A stretch of DNA of 64,000 bases from Octopus sinensis (GCF_006345805.1 NC_043004.1:97960001-98024000); one strand, 5' to 3'. Shown: positions 1 through 12,330, counted from the first letter of the stretch. Notes: generated from the letters alone by a model not told the origin. Numbers and translations: made by a program.

Positions 1-354
1 GCGTTGCTCGGGTTTGTAAGGGAAATAACTATAAAGCATTTTTAGAGAGTTATAGCCAAAAAATAGCAAAAAAATGATGGTAAATTTTTTTTTTAGTTAA
101 AAAAGGTTGAGTTGCGTCCCCTAGACAGTCTGTGGTTTGTTTCTGATTCTCGACCCCATGTCGATTTTATCGATTTTTTCAGAACTGGGGGAACTTTTCA
201 AAATTTTCGCTGCGTTAGTTTTGAATTATGACATTGGGCTATGTGTGTGTCAAGTTTCATCAGAATCGGTTGAAAGCCGTGGTCAGGGTGAGGGTACGAG
301 AAAACAGACACACAGAAACACGCACAGACAAACTGCCGTTTATATATAGAGAGA
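1..354 (-). mobile_element. Non-autonomous Helitron, variant 5' half; 3' end cut by the window edge
   Basis: The minus strand starts A|TCTCTCTATATATAAA (Helitron 5' TC after A). Bases 1-75 match the 3' region of the copies at 1526 and 57060, including part of the CCCGAGCAACGC hairpin. Confidence 0.75.
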
Positions 355-379
355 TATATGCATAATCCTTTTTACTTTC

Positions 380-560
380 TACTATAAGCACAAGCGCTGA
401 AATTTTGAAGGGGAGAGCTAGTCAATTACATCGATCCCAGTGCTCACACCGATTTCATCCTGAAATCGGTGTGATTTGAACTCAGAACGCAAAGACGGAC
501 GAAATGCTGTCAAGCATTTTGTCCTGCGTGGTAACGATTCCGCCAGCTCACCGTCTTATA
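380..560 (-). mobile_element. Degenerate SINE family A copy (Meta/MESC-type core)
   Basis: Diverged match to the family A head and core (gatttgaactcagaacg...gccagctcaccg). Confidence 0.7.
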
Positions 561-625
561 ATGTATAGTAAGATATGATATACAGATTACAAGCGTTAAG
601 CAATAATTTATATGAACATATGGAC

Positions 626-1040
626 AGGAGTGGCTGTGTGGTAAGTAGCTTGCTAACCAACCACATGGTTCCGGGTTCAGTCCCACTGAGTGGCATCTTG
701 GGCAAGTGTCTTCTGCTATAGCCCCGGACCGACCAATGCCTTGTGAGTGGATTTGGTAGACGGAAACTGAAAGAAGCCTGTCCTATATATGTATATATAT
801 ATATAAGTGTGTGTGTATATGTTTGTGTGTCTGTGTTTGTCCCCCTAGCATTGCTTGACAACCGATGCTGGTGTGTTTACGTCCCCGTCACTTAGCGGTT
901 CGGCAAAAGAGACCGATAGAATAAGTACTGGGCTTACAAAGAATAAGTCCCGGGGTCGAGTTGCTCGATTAAAGGCGGTGCTCCAGCATGGCCGCAGTCA
1001 AGTGACTGAAACAAGTAAAAGAGTAAAAGAGTAGAGAGTA
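626..1040 (+). mobile_element. tRNA-derived SINE family B (CORE-like, ~410 bp), full length
   Basis: Head ggagtggctgtgtggtaag...ggttccgggttcagtccc (A/B-box-like), CORE-like ttgggcaagtgtctt, internal TA/TG tract, and tail ggtgctccagcatggccgcagtc...aagtaaaagag. Repeated at 25247, 37410 and 44418. Confidence 0.85.
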
Positions 1041-1117
1041 TATGTGTAGGCAACGCTATTTGAACTAGGTTCACAAGACACAAATTATTTGCTGAGCGCC
1101 AACGGCTGTTATCTCAC

Positions 1118-1189
1118 CTGTCGAATGTTCTAGAACATGCCAAGCGAACACGGTTAGCTGCCCCTCTACTAGCTTACAGGGCGTAACTG
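1118..1189 (-). other. Candidate 72-bp exon in a CpG-rich patch
   Basis: Minus-strand acceptor ctctcctctgtgtcgtttag|cag and donor CAG|gtgaga; one open frame (VTPCKLVEGQLTVFAWHVLEHST). No homology recognised. Confidence 0.3.
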
Positions 1190-1525
1190 CTAAACGACAC
1201 AGAGGAGAGCTTTAGAAGCGGATCGCCTACTTAAGAGCGTATCCCGATTGCATTTTCTCTCGTTTTCTCTACGACACGACAAAGCCAACTTCGGAGAGAG
1301 AGGCACAATGAATTCGATATTCATTTCCTACCAGTAACTCGCTATGGTATTCTGCGCCTGGTATAAATATAAACTTGTTCATAGTTAAAATATGTTCTGG
1401 TGAGTTTGCAACTTTTTGTCTGCAACAAGAATTTTTGTTTCATGACAAAATGCAGTGGAAAGACTATCTTAAGTGTTCGAATATGTCTCAAACATATTTG
1501 AAACGGTAACATATTTATAACATAA

Positions 1526-1920
1526 CTAGCAGTATCGCCCGGCGTTGCTCGGGTTTGAAAGTGAAATAACTATATAAGCATTTTTAGAGAGTTATAGCCA
1601 AAAAATAACAAAAAATTCATTAAAAATGGAAAAAAAATGTTGGTAAATTTTTTTTAAATCGTTGACTCATCGTAGACATTTTAGAGAGTTACTTCCTTTA
1701 TATAATAGCGAAAAAAATGCATCAAAATGGAAAAAAATTATGGTAAATATTTTTAAAATCGTAGACTCATCGTAGACGTGCGCTAATACCCAGAAGGGCT
1801 CGGTATGAATCACGACTATAAGATATCCGGTTTTGGTTAAACTGCACCGCAAAATGTGGGAGTAGTTAGGAATCTAAATCGTAGGAGACAGACACACAAC
1901 TTCACTTTTATATATAAAGA
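1526..1920 (-). mobile_element. Non-autonomous Helitron, complete (395 bp)
   Basis: Minus strand reads A|TCTTTATATATAAA...CCCGAGCAACGCCGGG hairpin, CGATACTG, CTAG|T. Inserted at an AT dinucleotide with no TSD. Near-identical copy at 57060. Confidence 0.9.
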
Positions 1921-2181
1921 TATAATATAACATAATTTGATATCGTCGTCTTCATTTATCGTACAACTACAGCACATTGATGACACTTCTACAAAAGTCT
2001 TCTCCATTAAGCGGGAGTTTTCCAGCTACATTTTCACCCTTATCCAACCACAAACACATGTGATGTGGATGGATTACCATCGGTTTTGACAATAAAGATT
2101 CAGTTGTCCGAGCAAATTAGATATATTTTCCAAAAATTGGCGTGCTATTGGTTGAGTATTCTATAGACATGTATGCCCTTA

Positions 2182-2583
2182 TTGTGGAGGCGCAATGGCA
2201 AAGTGGTTAGGGCAGCGGACTCGCGGTCATAGGATCGCGGTTTCGATTCCCAGACCGGGCGTTGTGAGTGTTTATTGAGAGAAAACACCTAAAAGCTCCA
2301 CGAGGCTCCGGCAGGGGATGGTGGTGATCCCTGCTGTACTCTTTCACTACAACTTTCTCTCACTATTACTTCCTGTTTCTGTTGTACCTGTATTTCAAAG
2401 GGCCGGCCTTGTCACTCTCTGTGTCACACTGAATATCCCCGAGAACTACGTTAAGGGTACACGTGTCTGTGGAGTGCTCAGCCACTTACACGTTAATTTC
2501 ACGAGCAGGCTGTTCCGTTGATTCGGATCAACCGGAACCCTCATCGTCGTAACCGACGGAGTGCTTAAAAAAACAAAAAAAAA
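2182..2583 (+). mobile_element. tRNA-derived SINE family C, full length with A tail and TSD
   Basis: Head ggcgcaatggcaaagtggttagggcagcggactcgcgg...gtttcgattccc, A-rich tail, and 9-bp TSD ATGCCCTTA at 2173-2181 and 2584-2592. Homologous copy at 53385. Confidence 0.85.
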
Positions 2584-4064
2584 ATGCCCTTAACGTAATT
2601 CTCAGCTAGAATTAGCATATAACCTATAGCTCAGAAACGTGGACACTGAAATCTGAAAATGAATCAGGCCAAAATCTTTTGAAATGTAGTTTTTAAGTTC
2701 ATTACTTTGAGTATCACAACGCAATTAGCTTTGAAATATTTGCTTAGAGAAAGCTATTCATATGACGTAATAAAAGGGACAGAAATGAAACGATTCGACA
2801 AAAGCAATATATACGTAGCGAAAGAATATTGCTAAGACTTTCTAAACCACACATCAGGTGGCCAAGCATCTATGAAGTAGACGGCTTAGATCCGTGAAGA
2901 CAAAAGAATTAAGGCCAGCAATCTCGACATGTGGTGCATCAAATCTAAAAGAATAGGTTGGTCCAGCTGCGAGGGAAAAATCAAGATCCAGATGGGTCTG
3001 ACTTGCGAAATCAGGTATGTGCGTGCATACACACACTTGCACCCCCACACACATACACACATAACCACACACACACATATATGTATGTATATATATATAT
3101 ATGTGTGTGCGTGTGTGTGTATGTGTGTGTATGTATATTGCATATATAAATATATGTTTATATATCAATAACGAAAAAATGTACATAAACATATAGATTC
3201 ATATATATATGTATATATATGCATATATATATATATATTATATATATACACGTCTATACGTATGTATATATTTATATATATATAAATATGATTGTATGTA
3301 TTCATATATATATATATATATATGTATGCATGCATATTCAAACAGACAAGAATACACACACGCTTATGTATATGATATAATCAGCCCAGTGAAAGAAAGA
3401 ATCATATCATTCACTGATCATTCTCATCTTCTCTTCTCAGTAAAAATGAAGGATTTATTTCGTAAAAAATTAATCTTAAACACTTGTTCAGAAAAAAAAG
3501 TCTTATCACCAAAAAAATATTCGTTGAATTATATTATGTTATCTAACGGACAAAATAAAACATACTTGTCCTGTAATATATCAATCCACGTTTTTAACTA
3601 TAGAACAAATATACTTTACGTGAGGGGTATATAGGAACCGTTATTGTAGACATATGTCCAAATTATTAGCGGTTGAATGACATAGAGCCTAAGAAAATTA
3701 CGTAACACTCTTCAAAAACACCAATTTGTTTTCTGTCATTAATGTGTAAATTAAATGGTCTTAATTATTTATCCCAGGTATAAATATTGCATTCATTATT
3801 TCTTTGATTGCTTGAGAATCCGCTAAAACCAAAAACTGTAGATCCAGTCTATTCAATTTCAGCTTTGAATATAATTATATACCTGTATGTATGTATGTAT
3901 GTATGCATGTATGTATGTATGTATATATGTATGTATGTGTGTGTGTATGCGCGTCTATGTATGCATGTATGTGTATATATATATATATTTATATACACCT
4001 ATGTATGTCTATCTGTATATATATATATATGTGTGTGTGTTGTGTGTGTGTATATGTATGTATA

Positions 4065-4126
<62 letters not shown>

Positions 4127-4389
4127 TCTTATGTTCAGTTGCAATAGAAACAATTTTACAATAAACTGAATGATTATCCTATATTTTTGTAGAGTACAAC
4201 TTTATTATTCTTACGCAATGTGTGCATGTGTGTGAAGAATATCTGCCTGAACTTTCTAAGAGTCATACCTTTGTAAATTTCACGTGTCTGGTAGGGATTT
4301 AGCTAAAACATGCATAATCTGAAATTCGTTGCCGTTGCGCCGCGCACATAAAAACACCCTAGTATTTACACTTATCTATATTAAAACAG

Positions 4390-4760
4390 AGGTCTTATGT
4401 TCAAGCAGACATACCAATATTGGGGACTTATATACATTGTGATTTAGAAACCATAAATTAGGAAGAACACTTTCCGAAATTTCAATATAATATCTGAAAG
4501 CTACATGTGCATAACTGAAAGAAAGTTCTAATAACGATTGTGCTATCCAATCTTCCCCTATGAAGCACGTAAAAAAAAACCGAATGGTAGAGCATCTGGA
4601 AATTATATCTGGCAATTAATAGAAAAATGGTTTCCAAATATTAATATTCAGTAAATGATTATTAAAAGATCAAAAACCTTACAAAAATGGAAATCAAAGA
4701 TGTGATTATGCAATACCGAAAAGAGTCTCATATGCATAACTGAATAATGATGATCTATAT
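4390..4760 (+). pseudogene. Highly degraded Penelope-like GIY-YIG endonuclease remnant
   Basis: Frameshifted translation gives SYMCITERKF (YIG-TE motif), NYIWQLIEK, KPYKNGNQRCD and CNTEKSLIC, similar to the C-terminus of C-terminal-EN PLEs. Many stops. Confidence 0.5.
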
Positions 4761-6109
4761 TTCAATAACAAGTCATGCACTTTTCAGAACTGTAGACACT
4801 TTGGAATATGTCATGCAATTGGTCACATCTCTGTGTGACGAACTTCCTTCAGCACTCAGACACATGCACATAAGCGAGCTTCTAAATGTATATGCATACA
4901 TTCTTTCACACCCCTTATTTTCTCTTATGGTCTTTTTTTCTTTTCTTTGAACTCACTGCTCTTGTATCGGTGATGTTTTTATTTTCCCAAGTTCTAAGTA
5001 TGGTATGTTGACCTCTCTTTATTCTCTATTTTTGATCAATTTTTAGCTTACATATCTTTCACTATAGCTCACAAAATGAATTTATTGTTTAAGAGAAAGA
5101 ACAATTTTCTATTATGTAGGAGGTCCACTGCGAATGCCGACCATTGTTAAAAATATTCGGTAAAATTTAGTATGAATAAAGAATACAGTTTACAAATTTT
5201 CTAACAGCAAAAAACAAAAATAATTACCCGATGAAAAATCTGTTGATTGTTTTGCTTTATATAGATGCATATTACATTGATTGCAATATATTTTTTGACG
5301 TTGTTAACAAAACTTCTGTCATATATGAACATATACATAATTGCACATTTTCATTATGTGGTGTGTCTGGAGTTTATGTATCCTGCTTCGTTAATTCACA
5401 TAGAAATATATTCATATCACCTACCCACACCGAGTCGCTGTGCATTAAATAGCATACTTAAATTAATTATAATTGGATTGCAAATGTCATTCTGTGCCTC
5501 TATATACAATTTTGCGTACCAATTTATAATATCCCCCCCAGCAGATTGAAGGTATTTTTCACGATACAAGTAAGACTGCTTGGTTCGGTTGTCCGTTACA
5601 TTATTCCAGTCACTCAATATGGGCATTTCCTATATACTGGGCGGATAATCGAATGACTATGTAGAGTTTAGTAACAACTGAAGAGGTTAGTAATCACAGA
5701 AATATCTAGACGTCTCGAACGGTTCATTGTGGTAAATATTCTAGTTTTTAATGTTTTATTTTTAAGTGCATTCTTTCCTTCGTTTAAATATCATACATAG
5801 AAAATCATAACAAGGACTACATTCAGTCATTTTACTCTCTCGTTAATTAAATATCTTCTTAAATAAACTCAAACTGCACTACGTTGGTTCATACGTGGCT
5901 GTCTACTATAGAAAGCCTAATGGTATATGCGTACATTTCAAAATTTAGAGGTCCCAGTTTCGATTCTCTTTTGAGCCTGGAAATCGTGTGAGAAAGTAAG
6001 TGGAGGGGAACTCTGTAGGAGCCTTTTTTGCACGTATTGTACTTACAATTTAAATATATAACCTTATTCACATTATACACATGCGGATTCTGTTTGAAGA
6101 TTACTTCAG

Positions 6110-6440
6110 CTGGGACAATCTGTTCGCTACGATGACGAGTGTTCCAGATGATTCGATCAACGGAATTGCCTAATCATGAAATTAACGCGCAAGTGGCTGA
6201 GAACTTCACAGACACGTGTGCTCTTAATGTAGATTCTGAGGGAGGTTCAGCGTGACACATCGAATGTGCCAAGGGTGGCGCATTGAACTACAGGTAAAAC
6301 ACGTTTTTGCCATCTGAGTGGACTGACTGGAGCAGCATGAAATAAACGGTCTTGCTCAAGGAGTCAATGCGGTGCCGGGAATCTAAGTCACGATCTTACT
6401 GTTGTGAGCTAAATACCACTTACCACTAAACCCCACGCCT
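6110..6440 (-). mobile_element. Old SINE related to family C
   Basis: The reverse complement shares the family C 3' region (gtggctgag...cacagacacgtg) and has a tRNA-like head ending accactaaaccccacgcct on the plus strand. Confidence 0.65.
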
Positions 6441-6950
6441 TCACCGAGGATTGCTTTAAGCGTAGAGATATCTGCGGAATACTCAGCCACCTAGAGGCTA
6501 ATTCGAGTTTATTTAATCGCGTAACTCAATAATCATTGTCATAACCGACGGGGATCCATTTATAAATGTATGTATGTGTGTGTATGTTTGTGTGTGTATG
6601 TATGTCTGTGTTGTGTTTGCGTGTGTGTTTGTGTGTGTATGTGTGTGTTTGTGTGTGTATGTGTGTGTTTGTGTGTGTATGTGTGTGTTTGTGTGTGTAT
6701 GTGTGTGTGCGTGTATGCACGTACGTATGTGTGTATGTTTCTACTTGTTAAGAAGATTCACGTTTCCTTTGATATATCAACCAAAACGTTCCTACTAAAA
6801 TAAGCACACGTATATAAATGCCAAGCATTGAGAAATAATATTCAAAGGAAGACAAACGCATACACAGATATACACACACACACACACACGCTCACTTACA
6901 TACATATCGATATATAGAGTAGAGAAAGAGAAAGAGGTTGATACAAAGAA

Positions 6951-6985
<35 letters not shown>

Positions 6986-7799
6986 GGTAATCAATATACT
7001 TATGTAAAGGTAGTCATCTGCTTCAAGATTCTGATGCAATACCTTAATAAATGTCAATATATATGAGGAAAAATATCCACTTATAACTCTGTCTTTCTCT
7101 CTCTCTCTCTTTCTACACACACGCATACATATGTATGCATATATATATGTATGCATGTATGTATGTATATATTTATGTGTGCATTGGCGTTCCTATGTGT
7201 ATACTTAAATATGCCGATGCTTTCATATCAATAATTACATAATAACTCTTAGTCCCTACATTCATATCTGTATACATCATGCACACATGATTCGTCCTCT
7301 CATATGTGTGTGTGTATGTGTGTATATGAGTGTGCATACAAGCATGTCTATATATACTCATATACATGCATACATACGCATGCAAACATGCGTTTATAGT
7401 CTTCTACACACATACCCGTGTTAACATTGCAAACGCCAAAAGACATTAAAAAGCTGATATTGAAGGAAAATATGATGCGCATTTGCTTTTGGGTCTCCTT
7501 CGCTTTACGTCCCCGGTGGGTCTCCCACGACAGCCTTGCCTTCAGTGGCCTCTTGTCTACCACCAACTACTTCCTCTGTGCATTATGGTACTTTGCCTGG
7601 GTAACTAACAACTGATGACATTGAATCTCACCGAAATTAATCTGAGCCCTCAATCACTCATTTTTCTACCTCTATCACAGCATCTGTAAAACGAGGAGAA
7701 GCAACGAGTCTGCATATAATAACTTTTTTCTACAAAACTCCTTCACTACTAGACATCACCCACTTTCGCCCATATAACTCTTTATTGACCCACCATTCT

Positions 7800-8064
7800 C
7801 TCTTAGAATAGCTAATCTCTGAGTGAGTTTACTGAAAGATGGGTGAAAGTTGCGAAAATGGCAAGAGTGACTAACACCTATCAGAAGAAAGAGAATAGGA
7901 GAGGTCTCTTGCTCCTAATATTCACGGAAATATCGGATAGTGAGGTTCCTCGACTACCCCTAGAGATCCTGTATCAAGAGGGCAACATCTCTATCATCCT
8001 CCCCCTTTTTTATATTTTCAATTTTTATTTATTTATTAATTTTTTCTTTTCTCCTTTGTATACC
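7800..8064 (+). mobile_element. L1/Tx1-like LINE 3' end fragment
   Basis: Encodes EFTERWVKVAKMARV, typical of a Tx1-type ORF2 C-terminus. Homologous to the minus-strand copy at 30430-30760. Confidence 0.55.
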
Positions 8065-8297
8065 TATTTCTTAATTACCCACAAGGGGCTAAACACAGAG
8101 AGGACAAACAAGGACAGACAAACGGATTAAGTCGATTATATCGACCCCAGTGCCTAACTGGTACTTATTTAATCGACCCCGAAAGGATGAAAGGCAAAGT
8201 CGACCTCGGCGGAATTTGAACTCAGAACGTAACGGCAGACGAAATACCGCTAAGCATTTCGCCCGGCGTGCTAACGTTTCTGCCAGCTCGCCGCCTT
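8065..8297 (-). mobile_element. SINE family A, full length (Meta/MESC-type core, tail type 1)
   Basis: Minus strand: ggcggcgagctggcagaaacgttagc head, gcctttcatcctttcggggtcgat...aagtaccag core, and gtgggtaattaagaaata tail. Confidence 0.85.
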
Positions 8298-8439
8298 TTT
8301 TTATTGTATATCGTGTACTCTTACATTGTTTTGTTATTTAATTATTTTATCGTTTCATTATATGTAAACCCCAACGCTTTATGCCTGGTTTTGTATTGCA
8401 CCCCTCATCCTTCGGCCTGGTAGCATATAAATGAAATTA

Positions 8440-8635
8440 TCATTATTATTACTTTTGGTTTGACTCAGATTCGGTCTTATTCCTGGTAGTATTTATGGGG
8501 GTAACGTTTTACAAGTTTTCTGTAGTATTTCATGTTCCTAGAACCCTCTTGATGGTCCTTGTTGTTCGTAAGAGACAAACTTTTTCTAAGATCTCTACAG
8601 GGCATTCTATTCCAATCTCCTTTAACCATTTGTCT
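8440..8635 (-). mobile_element. R4/Dong LINE extreme 3' end
   Basis: Encodes KWLKEIGIECPVEILEKVCLLRTTRTIKRVLGT*. The 3' UTR CTACCAGGAATAAGACCGAA matches 31661-31680 and ends in a short TAA tract. Confidence 0.7.
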
Positions 8636-9187
8636 ATCACCACCATAACCACCACCACCACCACTACCATCACCATCACTACCATCATCATCATCATCGC
8701 CATCAGCCCCATCATCTATCTTTAGCACTTGTTTTTGATTACCTATCTTTATTACTCTTCGCTAGTCTTTCTCTCTTCTCATATAATTCCCTCCTATCAT
8801 GCTTTACTGACACCCACCTCCCAATCTCTCACATCCTCTCTCCATTATCCTCTCCTAACATCACCCGATTTCTTCTGCATCACTCTTTTTTCTTCTCATC
8901 GTGCCATAATGGTGTTTTTACTATTTAGTCTCTTTAATAAAAAGAAAAAAAAGTCTTCTTATCGTAGTCTCTTCTTTTACTTCCTTTACTTCGCTTCATA
9001 TTTTCTCACTCCTATCTCTAACATAATACAATCATTTTATTCTTTCAACCTATTGCTCTACTTTTATTCGTTATAACTCACATTTCTGTTCACCTTCCGT
9101 GTCACCTTTGCTTGAATGAACAGGGCTAACTTGTAGTACATACGACTTACTAATTAGTATTTGCAGGGGACAGACAAACTTCTCTAT

Positions 9188-9415
9188 TACTTATTTGTTT
9201 ACTGCCCACAAGGGGCTACACACAGAGGGGACAAACAAGGACAGACAAACAGATTAAGTCGATTATATCGACCGCAGTGCTTAACTGGTACTTATTTAAT
9301 CGACCTCGAAAGGATGAAAGGCAAAGTCGACCTCGGCGGAATTCGAACTAAGAACGTAAAGACAGACGAAATATTTCGCCCGACGTGCTAACGTTTCTAC
9401 CAGCTCGCCGCCTTT
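9188..9415 (-). mobile_element. SINE family A
   Basis: Near-identical to 8065-8297, with a small internal deletion. Confidence 0.85.
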
Positions 9416-11029
9416 AACTAACTTCTCTGTTACTGGTGACATGATAAGCTGTACCCACTATAAACTGAAAAGCAGATGATGAAGGAACAATGGCAAGACA
9501 AGGTAAAGAGTGCTCACCAATCTTCGTAGGAACTAAACAACTACGTTACTGCTCGTATGACAATAAAATGCATTAAATATAATTTGAGAAATTATTTGTA
9601 TTAGGGAGGGTGTTGAGCAATAGAAAGCACGCAAAATTGAAATTCACGAGTAATTTGAGGACTTTTGAACCATCTAGAATTATGTCATTCCAAATAGGAA
9701 CTGACACAATCGTTATTGACGCATCTAGCCCATACACAAACCCACGTGCACACATACACACGTGCGAATATCCATAAAAGCAAGAGTGTATGCATATATG
9801 GATATTCCCACATTCTTCATACATACATATATGTATGTATGATGACTGTCAGAATACAAATATTGATATGTACCAGATATAGACCTGAGTGAAGTTTGAA
9901 TACAATATGTACAAGAGCATAACCAAATTCAAAGTATATTGGCTGATGTGGAACATCTAGATGTGATAGTAAGGTGTGATGTAACGTGTGAACAGGGGGT
10001 AAGTTGCAGATGTGCGTGTGTGTACAATGTGCCAGTTTGTATGGGGAGTGTTCAGATCATGTAGATATATAAATGTATTGGATAGTGTATGAGCTCTGTG
10101 TGATGCCTGCATAAATGTAATGTACTATAGTGAGATGCAAGGTGGGATGACGAAATGCAGTACTCTTGATGTAGTAATATTTCCGCGATCACATTATTCA
10201 TACTCGATATAGTCGTGGAGAAAATGCAGCAACTGAGGCAGAAGATAAGACATTGTTCACGTTGGTAGCGAGAGGTTGGAGAAACCGTGTGCCTGAATGA
10301 GTTGAAGTGGCCCGCAAACGGGCGATATAATGATGTTTATGTGGATTTTACATAAATGTTTATTGAAACGATCTGCTAAGCTACAGCCGGTTCTCCAAAA
10401 CACACGCACGCAAATATATATATGTGCATGTGCGTGTGAACGATTGTGTGTGTGTGTGAGTGTGCATGCCTTTATGTGTCTCTATTACTATATAATATTT
10501 GAAAATAATTTAGAGTTACTATCCAAATAGCTATCCAAATGCATGGTTCTTAGTTTGCAAAAGTAATTCCTGGTATTTATATAAATAATCAAAGAAAACT
10601 TTTCCCTAGAAGAACGTGCGTCAGCACGGTCAGAATCAAACAGCTGACACAAGAAAAAGAATGAAAGAATATAACTCTTTGGTTGAATCACTAACCACCA
10701 GTAACTGAGCTAAAGAAACGCTATATTACATTTTTATCCGATATCTTATCTGGGGCCTATCCTTCTAAGGTCCTTGATGAAGCTAGCAAGTGGTTTTCGT
10801 TTAACGGGCAAGGTGGGATGACGAAATGCAGTACTCTTGATGTAGTAATTCAAAGAAATTCTGACAGTGGCTATACCGATGTTTAAAAATAACTACAACT
10901 GTATTTTTAATGCGTTGTCTTAAAAATATAGCGTGGTGTGATTGGAAGGAATTTAACCACTATTTTTATCATATCAGTTGATTGCAATGTTCCCTTTCAA
11001 AAAAATGACTGACTGGGGGGATTATTTTT

Positions 11030-11642
11030 TCCTACTGTAGACACCAGGCCTGAAATTTTTCGAGAGGGGCCGGTCGATTATATCGACGCCAATACGCAAC
11101 TGGTACTTAATTTATCGACCCCGAAAGAATGAAAGGCAAAGTCAACCTCGGCGGAATTTAAACTTAGAACGTAAAGACAGACGAAATACAGCGAAGCATT
11201 TCGCCCGGCGTGCTAACGTTTCTTATTTCTTTACTGCCCACAAGGGGCTATACACAGAGGGGACAAACAAGGACAGACAAACGGATCAAGTCGATCATAT
11301 CTACCCCAGTGCGTAACTAGTACTTATTTAATCGACCCCGAAAGGATGAGGCGGCAAAGTCGAACTAGACGGAATTTGAACTCAGAACGTAACGGCAGAC
11401 GAAATACCTATTTCTTTACTAGCCACAAGGGGCTAAACACAGAACGGACAAACAAGGACAGACAAATGGATTAAGTCGATCATATCTACCCCAGTGCGTA
11501 ACTAGTACTTATTTAATCGGCCCCGAAAGGATAAAAGGCAAAGTCGACCTCGACGGAATTTGAAGTCAGAACGTAACGGCAGACGAAAATACGGATACGC
11601 ATTTCGCCCGGCGTGATGACATTTCTGCCAGCTCGCCGCCCT
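11030..11642 (-). mobile_element. Tandem array of three SINE family A units
   Basis: The core atcgaccccgaaaggatgaaaggcaaagtcga occurs three times. Only the rightmost unit has a complete head. Confidence 0.85.
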
Positions 11643-12124
11643 ACAGGAGGAATTATTGAAGAAGGAAGAGACGGCTATAAGTAGAGGAATTGCCAGAAAA
11701 TAGAAGCCTATTGCGAACAGGTAGTCGATATCCCATATTAGATAACAGAAACCTCAAGCTTCATATTCGCATATATATGTCTATGTATGTTTCTATATAA
11801 GTGACTGAGTGAGAGAGCATATGTAAAATTTTAATATCTGTTGACGGAAATTACACACAGTCAAACAACCAAACACGCATGCACGCATATACACGCGTAT
11901 ACACTCTCTCTCACACACACATTAATATATACACACGCGAATATATTATCACACGTGCACTGACTGATGTTATGTTTGGCAAGATTCAGCAGCAAATTTG
12001 CTTGCATTCTATTTAGCTTTAAAAGTGTGACAAGAATTAAGTGCGCGTATGTAAGTAGATGTATATTATATAATATATAGAATTTGTATATATATGCGCG
12101 CGTGTGTGTATGTATATATATATA

Positions 12125-12330
12125 TAGGGAGAGTTTATGAAAAAAAAGACAAAAGACGAAGACAGGTGGTGTACAAAACAAACAGATGTATTAGTATAAC
12201 GCTCAGGAATAGAAAAAGTCTTTTACGTTTCGAGCCTACGCTCTTCTACAGAAAGGGACACAGAAAAAACAAGGAGAGAAACAAGGAGAGAAAAAAATGT
12301 GTGTAGTGGCTAACGAACTATCATGGCATC
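12125..12330 (-). mobile_element. Probable PLE pseudo-LTR-type non-autonomous repeat flanked by (TA)n
   Basis: The minus strand has the hammerhead-like motif TAGAAGAGCGTAGGCTCGAAAC. Its start resembles 54412-54445, and it is flanked by TA tracts. Confidence 0.45.

Noticed and set aside
2870-3014. Apparent plus-strand exon with CAG|gtatgt donor
   Set aside because: All frames from the natural acceptor contain stops. EDKRIKA...DMWC...RIGW looks more like a decayed RTE LINE fragment, but is too weak to list as a feature.
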